Virus record (IMG/VR): IMGVR_UViG_3300050501_000235
Length of the DNA: 64,000 nt
Source of the DNA: a virus
Direction: 5' to 3' (one strand)
Shown here: one piece after another, positions 9,730 through 19,572 of the stretch
How positions within the stretch are numbered: position 1 is the first letter of the stretch
Layout: each line of letters starts with the position of its first letter
The notes under the pieces: generated by a model
Told to the model about the DNA's origin: nothing
What the model saw: the letters and a program-made list of their open reading frames with translations, nothing else
The model's database searches: none
Made by a program: the position numbers and the translations under genes

Positions 9730-9939
9730 ATGAGTCGATGGACTCACTTGGCATGCTTTGGATGCTACGCCAAGAAGTACCCCAAGCGATCGCCGGTACG
9801 TTTGAAGCCTGAAGAGGGGCAGTCGCTGCCGATGCAGAACTGTTGCTACTGCCGCGAAGAGACCGGCGAGGGCATCTACGTCAGGGACGACCCCGAGATG
9901 GTCGCCTGTAAGGGTAGAGGAGAGGTGCACGAGGAATGA
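9730..9939 (+). CDS. Cys-rich small protein (zinc-ribbon-like)
   Basis: ORF track, 69 aa. CFGC...CCYC motifs. Confidence 0.4.
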   Translation: MSRWTHLACFGCYAKKYPKRSPVRLKPEEGQSLPMQNCCYCREETGEGIYVRDDPEMVACKGRGEVHEE

Positions 9940-10121
9940 AGGTCAAGTACTTCATACAAGACGCCGATGGCTCTCCCATACGTTGGGAGCACGTAGCTAC
10001 CGACACAAGGATTCCGACAACTGTAAACGCCGTTGAGCTCATTCCGACGGCTCAGCCAGATGAGTACGAATTGCATATCCACCTGCGCTCGCTTGTCGCA
10101 AAGCCCACACGGGGGTGTTAG

Positions 10122-10296
10122 AATGATCTGTCAAATCTGCAAGGACGCAGGAGCGCTGACGCGTGAGTCTCCTCCCGACACTCCGTTGCAGGAGCTCATC
10201 GACCTGCACAAGGACTGCAAGGGCGAGACACACTGCGACTGTCAACACCGGCCAGGCATCATCACACACGACGGTCGGATCGCACAGAGGAGGTGA
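10122..10296 (+). CDS. Cys-rich small protein
   Basis: ATG at 10122 within track ORF 10033..10296. MICQICKD...CKGETHCDCQH. Confidence 0.35.
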
Positions 10297-10299
10297 GCT

Positions 10300-10707
10300 A
10301 TGCCTCATGAGACACCCAGGATGCACCAGCGTCCTCAGGACCCAGCGTTCAAGATGCTCGACGCTGTCCCTGTGACCGTACAGAAGGTCCACAGAGAGGG
10401 TTGCTACATCTGCGAGGATAGGGAGTTCGCTCGCCTGGGTATGCCACTCTGCAATCCTTGCTGCCAGTGCCGTCTGCAAGGCAAGGACGGTCACATCGCA
10501 GCTGATGATGGTCAGTGCGATGATTGTGGTCATGAGCTGTGCGAGGGTTGCTACAAGGAGCCTGCACAGGCAGAGCCAGTCTGCACATGCTCGACACCTT
10601 GCTGCGAAGCCTACGTGATGGATGGCTACCCACCAATCACATGCGGATCGCAGCACTGCCCGACACACGGGGAGGGAGCACAGCGTGCCGAGGTACAAGG
10701 GCCCTGA
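10300..10707 (+). CDS. Cys-rich zinc-binding protein (>15 Cys, several CxxC pairs)
   Basis: ORF track, 135 aa. RBS GGAGGTGAGCTATG. Confidence 0.5.
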   Translation: MPHETPRMHQRPQDPAFKMLDAVPVTVQKVHREGCYICEDREFARLGMPLCNPCCQCRLQGKDGHIAADDGQCDDCGHELCEGCYKEPAQAEPVCTCSTPCCEAYVMDGYPPITCGSQHCPTHGEGAQRAEVQGP

Positions 10708-10915
10708 TGATCCAGTCACCGCTGAGTTGGTGGAGGAGTGGGTTGTAGGGATACTGGAGGAGTGGCTAGACGGTCACTACACCGAGCGTCTGGCTGACGA
10801 TCGCCAGAGGCAGGTCAAGCTCTGGAGCGACGGAACCTACGTCGTCAAGGATCGTACAGGCGACAACCCCGACAGGAAGTTCAAGGTCAGCGTGGTAGTA
10901 CAGGAGGTCAAGTAG
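10685..10915 (+). CDS. Hypothetical protein
   Basis: GTG at 10685 in the frame of track ORF 10622..10915; start uncertain. Confidence 0.3.
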   Translation: MPRYKGPDDPVTAELVEEWVVGILEEWLDGHYTERLADDRQRQVKLWSDGTYVVKDRTGDNPDRKFKVSVVVQEVK

Positions 10916-11088
10916 TGCAGTTCTTTCTGTTCCTGCGGACAGCCTTCAAGCACCCCCGTTGGGCAGCCGAGGTCTGGAGAGCTGGACAAGGAGTGCTCAG
11001 AGGCGAGCACAACTCCGAGTCGTTCGAGAATGCGTTGAAGATAGCCGCTCGACGGCACAACGTCGACTATCACAAGTTCGCGGAGTAG
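10915..11088 (+). CDS. Hypothetical small protein
   Basis: GTG overlapping the upstream TAG. Preceded by CAGGAGGTCAAGTAGTG, the same 17-mer junction that recurs at 11084..11102. Confidence 0.3.
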   Translation: MQFFLFLRTAFKHPRWAAEVWRAGQGVLRGEHNSESFENALKIAARRHNVDYHKFAE

Positions 11089-11099
11089 GAGGTCAAGTA

Positions 11100-11522
11100 G
11101 TGGGAGCCTATGGGCGTCACGTCGTGATAACATTCGACGATGTCGTCGCCGCCGAGGAGTTCATCGCGGCCCTCAAGGTCGAGGGCGCCATGTTCTACCA
11201 AGACGTCGGCGGCCACTTCAAGCACGTCAAGCCCGCTGAGACGCGGGTGGTCGGACTGTTCGGGAAGCCGAATCAGTTCTGCGAGTGTCCGTGGAGCGAC
11301 GGTGAGAAGAAGTACGTGCGTGGCTCCAAGTATGGTCTGTTCGTCCACGACAAGTGTGCGAAGCCTGAGGGCGGTCACTTGCAGACGGCAGCAAGGAACT
11401 TGCTTGACCCTCCTGGCCTGGGAGCAAAGGAGACAGTCGAGCAAGACAACTACGTTCGCCTGAGCTCTCGCGAAGGCAAACACAACTGGCCCGTACCTAG
11501 TTCTGAGAAGGAGGCTGGATGA
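11100..11522 (+). CDS. Hypothetical protein
   Basis: GTG start after the repeated RBS motif AGGAGGTCAAGTAGTG, within track ORF 10959..11522. Confidence 0.4.
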   Translation: MGAYGRHVVITFDDVVAAEEFIAALKVEGAMFYQDVGGHFKHVKPAETRVVGLFGKPNQFCECPWSDGEKKYVRGSKYGLFVHDKCAKPEGGHLQTAARNLLDPPGLGAKETVEQDNYVRLSSREGKHNWPVPSSEKEAG

Positions 11523-11688
11523 TCCAATGCACTTGGCACGAAGTCTGCGCTGGCGGCTTCGTCCAGGGACCCAACGATGTCGACACCATACTTCGTTGTA
11601 TGGTAGCAAGAGGAGCTCTCGTCACCGTTGACGGGCGATACATCACAAGTCGCACGAAGCGTTCCCGACTAACGGTGGTACGTAAGTC

Positions 11689-11760
11689 CTGAGCAAGGCT
11701 GGGCCTGCTAGAAGGTGACATCATTGTTGCCGATCGAAGGGTGATACGAGGGTTCGAGCC
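11689..11760 (+). tRNA. Probable tRNA (72 nt; anticodon unresolved): acceptor GGGCCTG/CAGGCCC, T arm GAGGG-TTCGAGC-CCCTC
   Basis: Perfect 7-bp acceptor and T arm at tRNA-appropriate spacing. D and anticodon arms are non-canonical by eye. Confidence 0.4.
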
Positions 11761-11825
11761 CCTCCAGGCCCGCGCACGTTACAACTTCATATAGTCGTCC
11801 CAATCAAAAGAACGGAGCAACAGCC

Positions 11826-12791
11826 ATGGATGGCTGGTTTGTGTTGATGCTCGTCGCTCTGGGTCTCGTAGGGCTCATCAACCTTGGGAGCTTTTTGGCC
11901 TCCGAGACGGGAACCTACAAGAAGGACGGAAAGACACTCACGTACAACCCGCGACGGGCGACCCGGAAGGCAGCGTTGATCCCAGTTGCCCTGGCAGGAT
12001 TCTTCCTGCTCATGTCGATGTGGGTCATCGTGGGAACCAACCAGGTCGGCATCTTCACATCATTCGCAGCACCGTACGCTGCCACGGACAATGGCTTCGA
12101 GCTCAAGAGGCCTTGGGCCAAGAAGACGGAGTTCGACGGCAGCCGACAGTTCCTCCGGTTCTGCGGCAACGGTAACAACGACGAGGATCTGGACAAGCGC
12201 CAGTACCCCGGCGTCAACACCAAGATCGACGGGAACGCCAAGGCGACGCTCTGCGGCACCATCGCCTGGCAGATGAAGGCGACGACCGACGAGGAGAAGC
12301 AGCAGGCCATCGAACTGTTCAGGCAGTACAAGACGTTCGAGAGGGTCTCGACCAACCTAGTCTACCCCGGACTCAAGGTCGCCATCGGCAAGGCTCTTGC
12401 CAACCTCAATCCCTTGATCGCAGAGAAGAACATGTCCGTCGCTGACATCAACGAGGACGTGCTCGGAGCGCTGAAGACACAGGTCTCCGGATCCCTACAG
12501 GTCCTGACGGCCGACATCGCACCGCCGGACTACGACGATGACACGGACAAGGCTATCGCTGCCGACCTCGCGCAGAAGGCCAAGACGTCACTCGCTGGAG
12601 AGAAGGAGAAGACGAACATCGCTGAGGCAAAAGCCAACGGTGCCATCGACGACTCCATCCAGGACCCGAAGGTGCTTGTCAACAAGTGCTTGGACATCGC
12701 CAAGGAGCTCGGGTACAACCCCGGCCTCTGCATGATGTCGTCAGGGGCAGGGATCATCTTGCCGGGTGACGCGGTGGCAAAGAAGCAGTAG
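11826..12791 (+). CDS. Membrane protein with N-terminal TM and SPFH/band-7-like region
   Basis: ORF track, 321 aa. N-terminal hydrophobic helix, then a ~250-aa domain whose start (LIPVALAGFF...GTNQVGIFTSF) resembles SPFH proteins (inference). Confidence 0.5.
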   Translation: MDGWFVLMLVALGLVGLINLGSFLASETGTYKKDGKTLTYNPRRATRKAALIPVALAGFFLLMSMWVIVGTNQVGIFTSFAAPYAATDNGFELKRPWAKKTEFDGSRQFLRFCGNGNNDEDLDKRQYPGVNTKIDGNAKATLCGTIAWQMKATTDEEKQQAIELFRQYKTFERVSTNLVYPGLKVAIGKALANLNPLIAEKNMSVADINEDVLGALKTQVSGSLQVLTADIAPPDYDDDTDKAIAADLAQKAKTSLAGEKEKTNIAEAKANGAIDDSIQDPKVLVNKCLDIAKELGYNPGLCMMSSGAGIILPGDAVAKKQ

Positions 12792-12810
12792 TAAGTGGTC
12801 GAGCCAGCTG

Positions 12811-12857
12811 GTGTGTACGTGGGAGGTTCGATTCCTCCCTGGCTCGCTTAGACCTGT
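12811..12857 (+). ncRNA. tRNA minihelix-like element: 7-bp acceptor (GAGCCAG/CTGGCTC) joined directly to T arm GGAGG-TTCGATT-CCTCC; no D or anticodon arms
   Basis: Seen directly in the sequence. 46-47 nt, so too short for a tRNA. Confidence 0.35.
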
Positions 12858-13040
12858 ATGATGGTCTCGTCGTTAGGTAAGGACCGAAGGCATTGAACTA
12901 CGAACGACACTGGGTTCGAAAGAACAGGATGCCTCCGATCACCATCACACAGGTAAGAAAATTCATCGAGTTGACGTCTTGTGGTTCACGTTGGATTCCT
13001 ATATAATAGAGGGAGAGACAAAAACCGTAGGAGGTGCTAA

Positions 13041-14411
13041 TTGACCACCACGTTCAGTTCCGTTCATGATGAGGTAAACTGGCTCATCGAGCAGCGACTG
13101 GTCCACAGTGTTCACACCTCGACCCGTATGTCCTTCCGTGGCTGTCGTAGACGGTGGGACTGGTCGACGCGGCAGATGTATTATCCCCTCGTGACACCGA
13201 GACCGTTGGAGTTCGGCTCCGCCTTCCACAAGGCAATGGAGAAGTACTACGACCCGCTGACATGGCATGACAAAGAGACGGCCGCAGCACTTGCTCAAGC
13301 TGCCTTCGTCCAAGAGTGCAAGGAGCAGTACAGCAAGTATCTGAAGTTGAACAGAGGCAACATCGATCCTGCGATGAAGAAGGACTACGACGAGCGCATT
13401 GTCCTAGGCCTCGGCATGCTCCGGTACTACACGCGGTGGGTGTCGCCCGAGCACGACTTCAACTTCACGCCAGTCAAGGTCGAGATCGAGTTCGAAGTAC
13501 CGATCACCGACCCCGACGACAACTACATGTGGTGCAAGTGCCAGCAATGCGTCACAAGGTCGAACGCGTACTGGCTGAAACAGTACCACTCCGAGGGCAA
13601 GCTTCTGCACATCAGGAACGTAGACGCTCTAGCCCACGATACCAAGTTCGAAGATGGTATCTTCTACACGAGCGTGAGTGGTAAGCTCGTTGACATCGAC
13701 GACCCGATAGACATCGCGACTTGGTCAGGTCTGCCCATCACATACGGTGGGCGCATCGACATGCTGGCCAAGGATGACCTCGGGCGCTACTGGGTGTTCG
13801 ACTGGAAGACGGCGGCGAGGCTGGCAGGCAAGGACGCTGGCACAGACGACGACTTCATGTACCTCGACGACCAGATAACTTCATACTGTTGGGCACTCTG
13901 GCGATTGGGCATTCCGATCGCTGGCTTTGTCTACGCAGAAGTGAAGAAGGCCGTGCCAGAGGAACCCGAGCCCAACAAGACCCAGAGGCTTGGTAGGTGG
14001 TACTCTGTCAACAAGCAGCTCGCCACGACGGCGGTCATCTATGAGCGAACGGTTGAGGAGAACGATCCTCAGGCATACGCTGCTGGTTTGTACAACGACT
14101 TCATCGGATACCTCAAGTCGGAGGACGGACCGAAGTTCCACGTGCGCCATCAGATCCAGCGGTCGGAGGCTGAGCTTCGTAACGCCGGCGTCAACATCTG
14201 GCATGAAGCGTGTGAGATGACGAGCCCCACCCTTCGGATCTACCCGTCGCCAGGACGGTTTGCTTGTGGCAACTGTGCTTACAAAGAGCCCTGCCTCATG
14301 CGCAACAAGGACGAAGACTACGAGTACACTCTTAAAACCATGTTCGAGAAACGTGTGAAGCACTACTGGGAAGACAGAGCGCCAAGCACAGATAGCAGAG
14401 GAGGCCAATAA
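13041..14411 (+). CDS. PD-(D/E)xK RecB-family / Cas4-like exonuclease with C-terminal Cys cluster
   Basis: 456 aa. RBS GGAGGTGCTAATTG (TTG start). C-terminal CGNCAYKEPC motif and upstream Cys are typical of Cas4/AddB-type nucleases. Synteny with ATPase, DUF669 and primase. Confidence 0.6.
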   Translation: MTTTFSSVHDEVNWLIEQRLVHSVHTSTRMSFRGCRRRWDWSTRQMYYPLVTPRPLEFGSAFHKAMEKYYDPLTWHDKETAAALAQAAFVQECKEQYSKYLKLNRGNIDPAMKKDYDERIVLGLGMLRYYTRWVSPEHDFNFTPVKVEIEFEVPITDPDDNYMWCKCQQCVTRSNAYWLKQYHSEGKLLHIRNVDALAHDTKFEDGIFYTSVSGKLVDIDDPIDIATWSGLPITYGGRIDMLAKDDLGRYWVFDWKTAARLAGKDAGTDDDFMYLDDQITSYCWALWRLGIPIAGFVYAEVKKAVPEEPEPNKTQRLGRWYSVNKQLATTAVIYERTVEENDPQAYAAGLYNDFIGYLKSEDGPKFHVRHQIQRSEAELRNAGVNIWHEACEMTSPTLRIYPSPGRFACGNCAYKEPCLMRNKDEDYEYTLKTMFEKRVKHYWEDRAPSTDSRGGQ

Positions 14412-14797
14412 TGGCCGGCGCGCAGGGTAAGGTAGTCAAGGATCCGTTCGAGGTCGACTACGAACGGACATTCAGGAACTCTAAGCGCGACACCGACAAG
14501 TACGTCGTTACAGCCGAGGACTTTCTTACGTACCTGGGCGATCTCCGACACGAGATGCGACGGTGTCTTGACGCGTCCGAGAAGGCTCGCGACACCTACC
14601 GTATGATCAAGGCGGCGTTTCGTGCCGAGAGGCAGTTGACGACCACCGAGATCGACGAGATGATGAAGCGCAACCCCAAGGCCGTCTCTGCCGCGAGCGA
14701 CAACATCATGTACGACCGCTGGGCAGCGAAGTACGCAGAGATCATCCAAGCCGAGATCGCGTACGCCAACTTCATGGGATGGGAAATTCCAAGGTGA
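14411..14797 (+). CDS. Hypothetical protein
   Basis: ORF track, 128 aa. ATGG overlaps the upstream stop. Confidence 0.5.
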   Translation: MAGAQGKVVKDPFEVDYERTFRNSKRDTDKYVVTAEDFLTYLGDLRHEMRRCLDASEKARDTYRMIKAAFRAERQLTTTEIDEMMKRNPKAVSAASDNIMYDRWAAKYAEIIQAEIAYANFMGWEIPR

Positions 14798-15639
14798 CAC
14801 AGATCCTTACACCAACATCGTTCGCCGGCCTCACCATCGAGAAGCCGTCGGTAACTGTTCCCACCCTCACCATGTTGGTCTACGGTCGGTCGGGCATCGG
14901 CAAGACTACCCTAGCCGGCTCGGCAGATACGGTTCCGGAGATGAGAAAGGTCCTCTACCTCGACGTTGAAGCTGGAACGCTCTCGCTGCGCAAGACCAAC
15001 TACGAGGTCGACGTGATGCGCATCACCGACTATCGGCAGTTCGCCGAGGTGTATGCGGCTTTGTATGCCGGCAATCACGGCTACCAGACGGTCGTGCTCG
15101 ACTCGCTGACGGAGATTCAGGATCTCTGCATGCGCGAGATCATGCGGGAGATGAAAGAGGACCCCGAGAACAGCGAACGTGATTCAGACGTTCCGGGCAT
15201 GTACGAGTGGAACAAGAATGAGAAGCGCATCAAGCGACTCATCCGGCTCTTCCGCGACTTGCCCCTCAACGTGATCTTCACCTCACTCGTCAGAGAGGAC
15301 AAGGACACCAAGACGGGTGTGGTCATGAAGCTGCCCGACCTTCCGGGCAAGCTTGCCAGTCGTGTTGCAGCACTGTTCGACATCGTGCTCTACTTCACGG
15401 CGGTGGGCGAGGAGGGAACGCAGAAGCGGATAGTTGCATCGCAGTCAGGTACCAACACGGTAGCCAAGAACCGCGGCTCGGATCGTCTGCCTCCGATTCT
15501 GGAGATCCCCGACACCCGAGTGGCATCTGCGATGTCGATCATCTATCCGATGATCGTCGGCGAAGTAGGTCAAGACGCCGGCGTTCAGGAAAGTGACTCC
15601 GTTGGAGTCGAAACCGTTGCGGCCGTAGCCGCCAGTTAA
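14779..15639 (+). CDS. RecA-like P-loop NTPase (Sak4-like recombination ATPase)
   Basis: Walker A GRSGIGKTT and Walker B-like VVLD in the translation. 286 aa. Confidence 0.65.
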   Translation: MGNSKVTQILTPTSFAGLTIEKPSVTVPTLTMLVYGRSGIGKTTLAGSADTVPEMRKVLYLDVEAGTLSLRKTNYEVDVMRITDYRQFAEVYAALYAGNHGYQTVVLDSLTEIQDLCMREIMREMKEDPENSERDSDVPGMYEWNKNEKRIKRLIRLFRDLPLNVIFTSLVREDKDTKTGVVMKLPDLPGKLASRVAALFDIVLYFTAVGEEGTQKRIVASQSGTNTVAKNRGSDRLPPILEIPDTRVASAMSIIYPMIVGEVGQDAGVQESDSVGVETVAAVAAS

Positions 15640-15657
15640 CAGTTGGGAGTTCAGTTC

Positions 15658-16221
15658 ATGAGTGACGCGGGCATCCGTGTAAACATGTCCAGCAAGGAAG
15701 GCAAGAGTGCCTCACTCGAGCCTCTTCCTTCCGGTCGCTACCTGATGGCGATCACGGACATCGACCTCGACGAGTGTGGTCCCACCAGCAAGAACGAGGG
15801 CGAGCCGATGTTCAAGATCGAGCTCACCGTCCAGGAGGGCGACTACGAGAACCGCAAGGCGTGGACGAACGTCATGCTGTTCAAGGGCGCACTGTATTCC
15901 ATCTCTCAGATGCTGAAGGCTCAGGGCATCGCGATCACGGAAGTCGGCGAGTCGGCCGAGTTCCAGGTCCCGGGCTACGAGCCCAACATCATCCCCGGCC
16001 CTGAGTGGTGGATGAGCAAGCAGTTCTGCGTCCGCGTCAAGCTCGTCGGCAAGCGCAAGGTCAAGCAGCCTGACGGTTCGTACAAGGAGTACGACGAGCG
16101 CGCCGAGGTCAAGGGCTTCATGGCTCCGTCCGACTTCAAGCCGGGTGAGGGACCGAAGAAGGCTTCGACCAACAGCGCTGTCGGTTCCGTCAGCGGCGGC
16201 ATGCCTTCCATCCTGCCCTAG
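15658..16221 (+). CDS. DUF669-like phage protein (candidate ssDNA-binding partner of Sak4)
   Basis: ATG at 15658 with GGGAG RBS. Position directly after the Sak4-like ATPase, as in known phage recombination modules. Function assignment is inference. Confidence 0.45.
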   Translation: MSDAGIRVNMSSKEGKSASLEPLPSGRYLMAITDIDLDECGPTSKNEGEPMFKIELTVQEGDYENRKAWTNVMLFKGALYSISQMLKAQGIAITEVGESAEFQVPGYEPNIIPGPEWWMSKQFCVRVKLVGKRKVKQPDGSYKEYDERAEVKGFMAPSDFKPGEGPKKASTNSAVGSVSGGMPSILP

Positions 16222-16402
16222 GGCACGAGGGCCTAGGACTAGGTAAGAGTCCGAATGGGGAGAGTCCACTGAACTAGCCTCGGACCGCCCGCTGTAAGAC
16301 TCAACTGGATACGTGACCGACCGCGTTGTGTGCTAGGGGTAGGACTGCGCGGTCGGTCACATTATTCGCTACGCGAGGCCCAGAGGGCTGGAAAGGTGTA
16401 CT

Positions 16403-18619
16403 TTGGAAACACGCCAGCTTCGCGCAGCTTTCTTCAGGACGGTATTCGGACCGGTGAAGGGTGGGTACGTCTGTGTGGCGACGATTCCACCTGGTACTCG
16501 AAAGATGCGTGAGCGATACTTCGCTTGGCCTGACGAGGTAGAGGATATGCTCGAATACGTAGAGGACGTGGAAGACAGCAACAATGTCTACTACTGTCCT
16601 CAACTAGTCGAGGACCTAGACTTCAGACGTGCCTCAGACGGTAAGGGTCCACGTGTCAAGGAGAACGTCAAGATTTGCACAGTAGCTTGGGCCGACCTCG
16701 ACGCTTGTCACCCCAACAAGCTTCTGGTCAAGCCTTGCTACGTCACTGAAAGCTCACCGGCAAGATATCAGGCCCTGTGGTTGTTTGACGAGCCGCAGGA
16801 GCCCGAGATCGCTGAGGCAATTTCGATGCGCATCTCGTACCACCACATTCCTGATGGCGCCGACAAGTCAGGATGGGACCTGACACAGCTCTTGAGGTTC
16901 CCATACACCAAGAACTTCAAGTACTCAGACACACCAGAAGTAAACGTACTAGCTCAGAACCGAAAGCGCTACAGGCTGGATGACTTCAAGCCCTACCCAC
17001 TAGCCTCGAAGCGTACCGGTGGTGGCATCCCGATGCCTGAGGGCGTTGAGTTCCCTTCGATAGAGGACCCAGTCGACTTCATGCAGGCACGTCGTAAGTA
17101 CCTCAACAGTGACGTGTTTCGGCTGTTCGCCGACCAACCCGAAGTAGAATCGTGGAGTGAGTCGCTCTGGAAGCTGATGATGCTTCTGTTCGAGGGCGGC
17201 CTCTCCCGCGAGGAAGTGTTTATACTTGCCAAGCAAGCGGCGTGTAACAAGTACGGACGAGACGGAAGACCAGACAAGCACCTCTGGGACGACGTGTGCC
17301 GAGCGTACATCAAGCACATGGAAGACATCAAAGCTGTCGTCGTCCCCGAGCTAGAACAAGTTGACCTCATCACAGAAGCTGAGATGACTCGGGTACGGCA
17401 GCACCACACGTTCGTAGAGAGGTACGTCCAATGGGCTACCGACCTAGGCGACGCCGCACCCCAGTATCACCAGGCTGGGGCATTTGTGATCCTGTCAGCA
17501 CTGCTGTCTGGAACAGTCTCGCTACCTACCTCATTCGGGAACCTAGTCCCGAACATGTGGTTCATGCTGCTAGCGGATACGACCCTGACGAGGAAGTCGA
17601 CGTCGATGGACATAGCGACGGACTTACTGATCGAGGTGGATCCTGACGCAATCATGGCCACAGACGGCTCCGTGGAAGGTCTCATGCAAGGCCTGTCAAC
17701 CCGACCAAAGAGGCCTTCGATCTTCCTCCGAGACGAGTTCACCGGTCTACTAGAGGCGATGACCAAGAAGGACTACCTCGCAGGTCTCGCTGAGACGTTG
17801 ACCAAGCTGTACGACGGCAAGTTCCAAAAGCGAATGCTGCGGAAGGACATCGTCGAGATACGCGATCCCATCCTGATAGTGTTCGCAGGAGGCATCAGGG
17901 CAAGAACACAACAGCTCCTTACGTTCGACTACATCTCATCGGGCTTCATACCTCGCTTCATCTTCCTAACGGCTGAGTCAGACGTGTCACGAGTCAAGCC
18001 GTTGGGTCCACCGATCACACGTGACATGGCGGCGAGGGAAGCTCTTCTCGAAGAGGTAAGGGACTTACACAGATACTACAACCAACAGCTCAACGTCAAG
18101 ATCGACGAGACAGGCATTGGCCTGGGCGTCCCACGGAGGTGGCGAGGGTCACTAACAAAGGATGCCTGGGCTAGGTATGGTCTGTTTGAGAAGGCACTAC
18201 TTGACGCCGGAGTGAAATCCGATCGTCCCGACCTAATGACACCTGTGTATGCTCGCCTAGGGATGTCTGCGCTCAAGGCTGCCTTGCTGCTTGCAGCATC
18301 TGATCAGCGGAGCGACGAAGTCGTCGTGGAGGAGATACATATCCTCCACGCTATCGCCTTCGCAACCAAGTGGCGTGAGTACGCAATAGACATCATCAAC
18401 GGCGTCGGCATGACGCAGGGCGAACGTGAGTTGGATCGTATCTACGGTGCGATCCAAAAGCAGCCAGGTATCAGCCGTTCGCAGTTGATGCAAGGTTACC
18501 ACCTCACGGCAAGGAATGCCGATGCTGTATTCCAGACATTGGAGCAGCGCGGCTTGATCACCTCAACGAAGTTCGGCAAGGGTACAACCTATCGTCCAGT
18601 TGCGGCGGATGCAGAATGA
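16403..18619 (+). CDS. Primase-polymerase (PrimPol-like N-terminus) fused to a D5/DUF3987-like helicase/primase C-terminal domain
   Basis: 738 aa. N-terminal acidic motifs (..VAWADLDACHP..) typical of archaeo-eukaryotic primase-type prim-pol proteins; large C-terminal domain. Replication-module synteny. Confidence 0.55.
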   Translation: METRQLRAAFFRTVFGPVKGGYVCVATIPPGTRKMRERYFAWPDEVEDMLEYVEDVEDSNNVYYCPQLVEDLDFRRASDGKGPRVKENVKICTVAWADLDACHPNKLLVKPCYVTESSPARYQALWLFDEPQEPEIAEAISMRISYHHIPDGADKSGWDLTQLLRFPYTKNFKYSDTPEVNVLAQNRKRYRLDDFKPYPLASKRTGGGIPMPEGVEFPSIEDPVDFMQARRKYLNSDVFRLFADQPEVESWSESLWKLMMLLFEGGLSREEVFILAKQAACNKYGRDGRPDKHLWDDVCRAYIKHMEDIKAVVVPELEQVDLITEAEMTRVRQHHTFVERYVQWATDLGDAAPQYHQAGAFVILSALLSGTVSLPTSFGNLVPNMWFMLLADTTLTRKSTSMDIATDLLIEVDPDAIMATDGSVEGLMQGLSTRPKRPSIFLRDEFTGLLEAMTKKDYLAGLAETLTKLYDGKFQKRMLRKDIVEIRDPILIVFAGGIRARTQQLLTFDYISSGFIPRFIFLTAESDVSRVKPLGPPITRDMAAREALLEEVRDLHRYYNQQLNVKIDETGIGLGVPRRWRGSLTKDAWARYGLFEKALLDAGVKSDRPDLMTPVYARLGMSALKAALLLAASDQRSDEVVVEEIHILHAIAFATKWREYAIDIINGVGMTQGERELDRIYGAIQKQPGISRSQLMQGYHLTARNADAVFQTLEQRGLITSTKFGKGTTYRPVAADAE

Positions 18620-19572
18620 CAATGCCATTACCTTGGAGCGATGTCAACTCCGACCCACTACAGGACATAAAGGACTTCCTCGCCGCTGAGCGAGCGAAGC
18701 CGTACTACTACAGTCCAGTCTATGGAAGGACAAGGATGAGCAAGGGTGTCGCCATCGTCTCAGGTGGCCTCGACAGCACGACAATGATCTACCACCTACT
18801 CGCGGGAGGTCACGAGCTCCGACTTCTGTCCTTCGACTACGGCCAGCGGCACGGTCGTAAGGAACTGAAGGCGGCAATGAACATTGCCAACCAGCTCGGT
18901 CTGCAATGGGACCTCGTGAACCTACGGGGCATGACCCACCTCATCGACAACAGTGCACTCACGTCGGCCAAGTCGACACCTGGTAACCCTGCACACAAGT
19001 ACGATGGTCGCGGCAATGAGATCGGCGTGCACAAGGACATCGAGGTGCCCGACGGTCACTATGCCGAGGAGAACATGAAGGCCACCGTCGTGCCCAACCG
19101 CAACATGATCATGCTCTCCATCGCAGCCGGCGTCGCGGTCAACGAGAAGCTGAACTTCATCGCGACTGGCGTTCACTCCGGCGACCACTTCGTCTATCCG
19201 GACTGCCGCCCCAACTTCATCGAGTACGCGGCACGAACCATCTTCATCGGCAACGAAGGCTTCCACAACTTCGACACTGGCCTGTCGATGCACGGACCGA
19301 TCCTGGCACCCTTCATCGAGAGGTCCAAGGCCGACATCGCCTACCTCGCCATGGAGCTGAACGTTCCAATCCACCTGACGTGGTCGTGCTACAAGGGTGG
19401 CGAGAAGCACTGTGGCAAGTGTGGTACCTGCGTCGAGCGCCTCGAGGCCATCGACGAGGCCATTCGTCGGCACATCGCGGAGGGAAGCAGCCACTACTAC
19501 GAGGACATGACGGAGTACGAGGACACCGAGTACTGGCGCCAGGCAGTCAGGGAGGCAAAGCAGAATGGCTAA
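18616..19572 (+). CDS. queC: 7-cyano-7-deazaguanine synthase QueC (with N- and C-terminal extensions)
   Basis: PP-loop SGGLDS, FDYGQRHG, and C-terminal zinc ligands SCYKGGEKHCGKCGTC. 318 aa. Confidence 0.8.
   Translation: MTMPLPWSDVNSDPLQDIKDFLAAERAKPYYYSPVYGRTRMSKGVAIVSGGLDSTTMIYHLLAGGHELRLLSFDYGQRHGRKELKAAMNIANQLGLQWDLVNLRGMTHLIDNSALTSAKSTPGNPAHKYDGRGNEIGVHKDIEVPDGHYAEENMKATVVPNRNMIMLSIAAGVAVNEKLNFIATGVHSGDHFVYPDCRPNFIEYAARTIFIGNEGFHNFDTGLSMHGPILAPFIERSKADIAYLAMELNVPIHLTWSCYKGGEKHCGKCGTCVERLEAIDEAIRRHIAEGSSHYYEDMTEYEDTEYWRQAVREAKQNG

Noticed and set aside
15712-16269. Minus-strand ORFs antisense to replication/que genes (for example 15712..16269, 18922..19494, 21809..22504, 23705..24565, 24951..25610)
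   Set aside because: All lie opposite genes with clear conserved motifs (ATPase, QueC, QueE, DpdA-like, PolA), so they are spurious.
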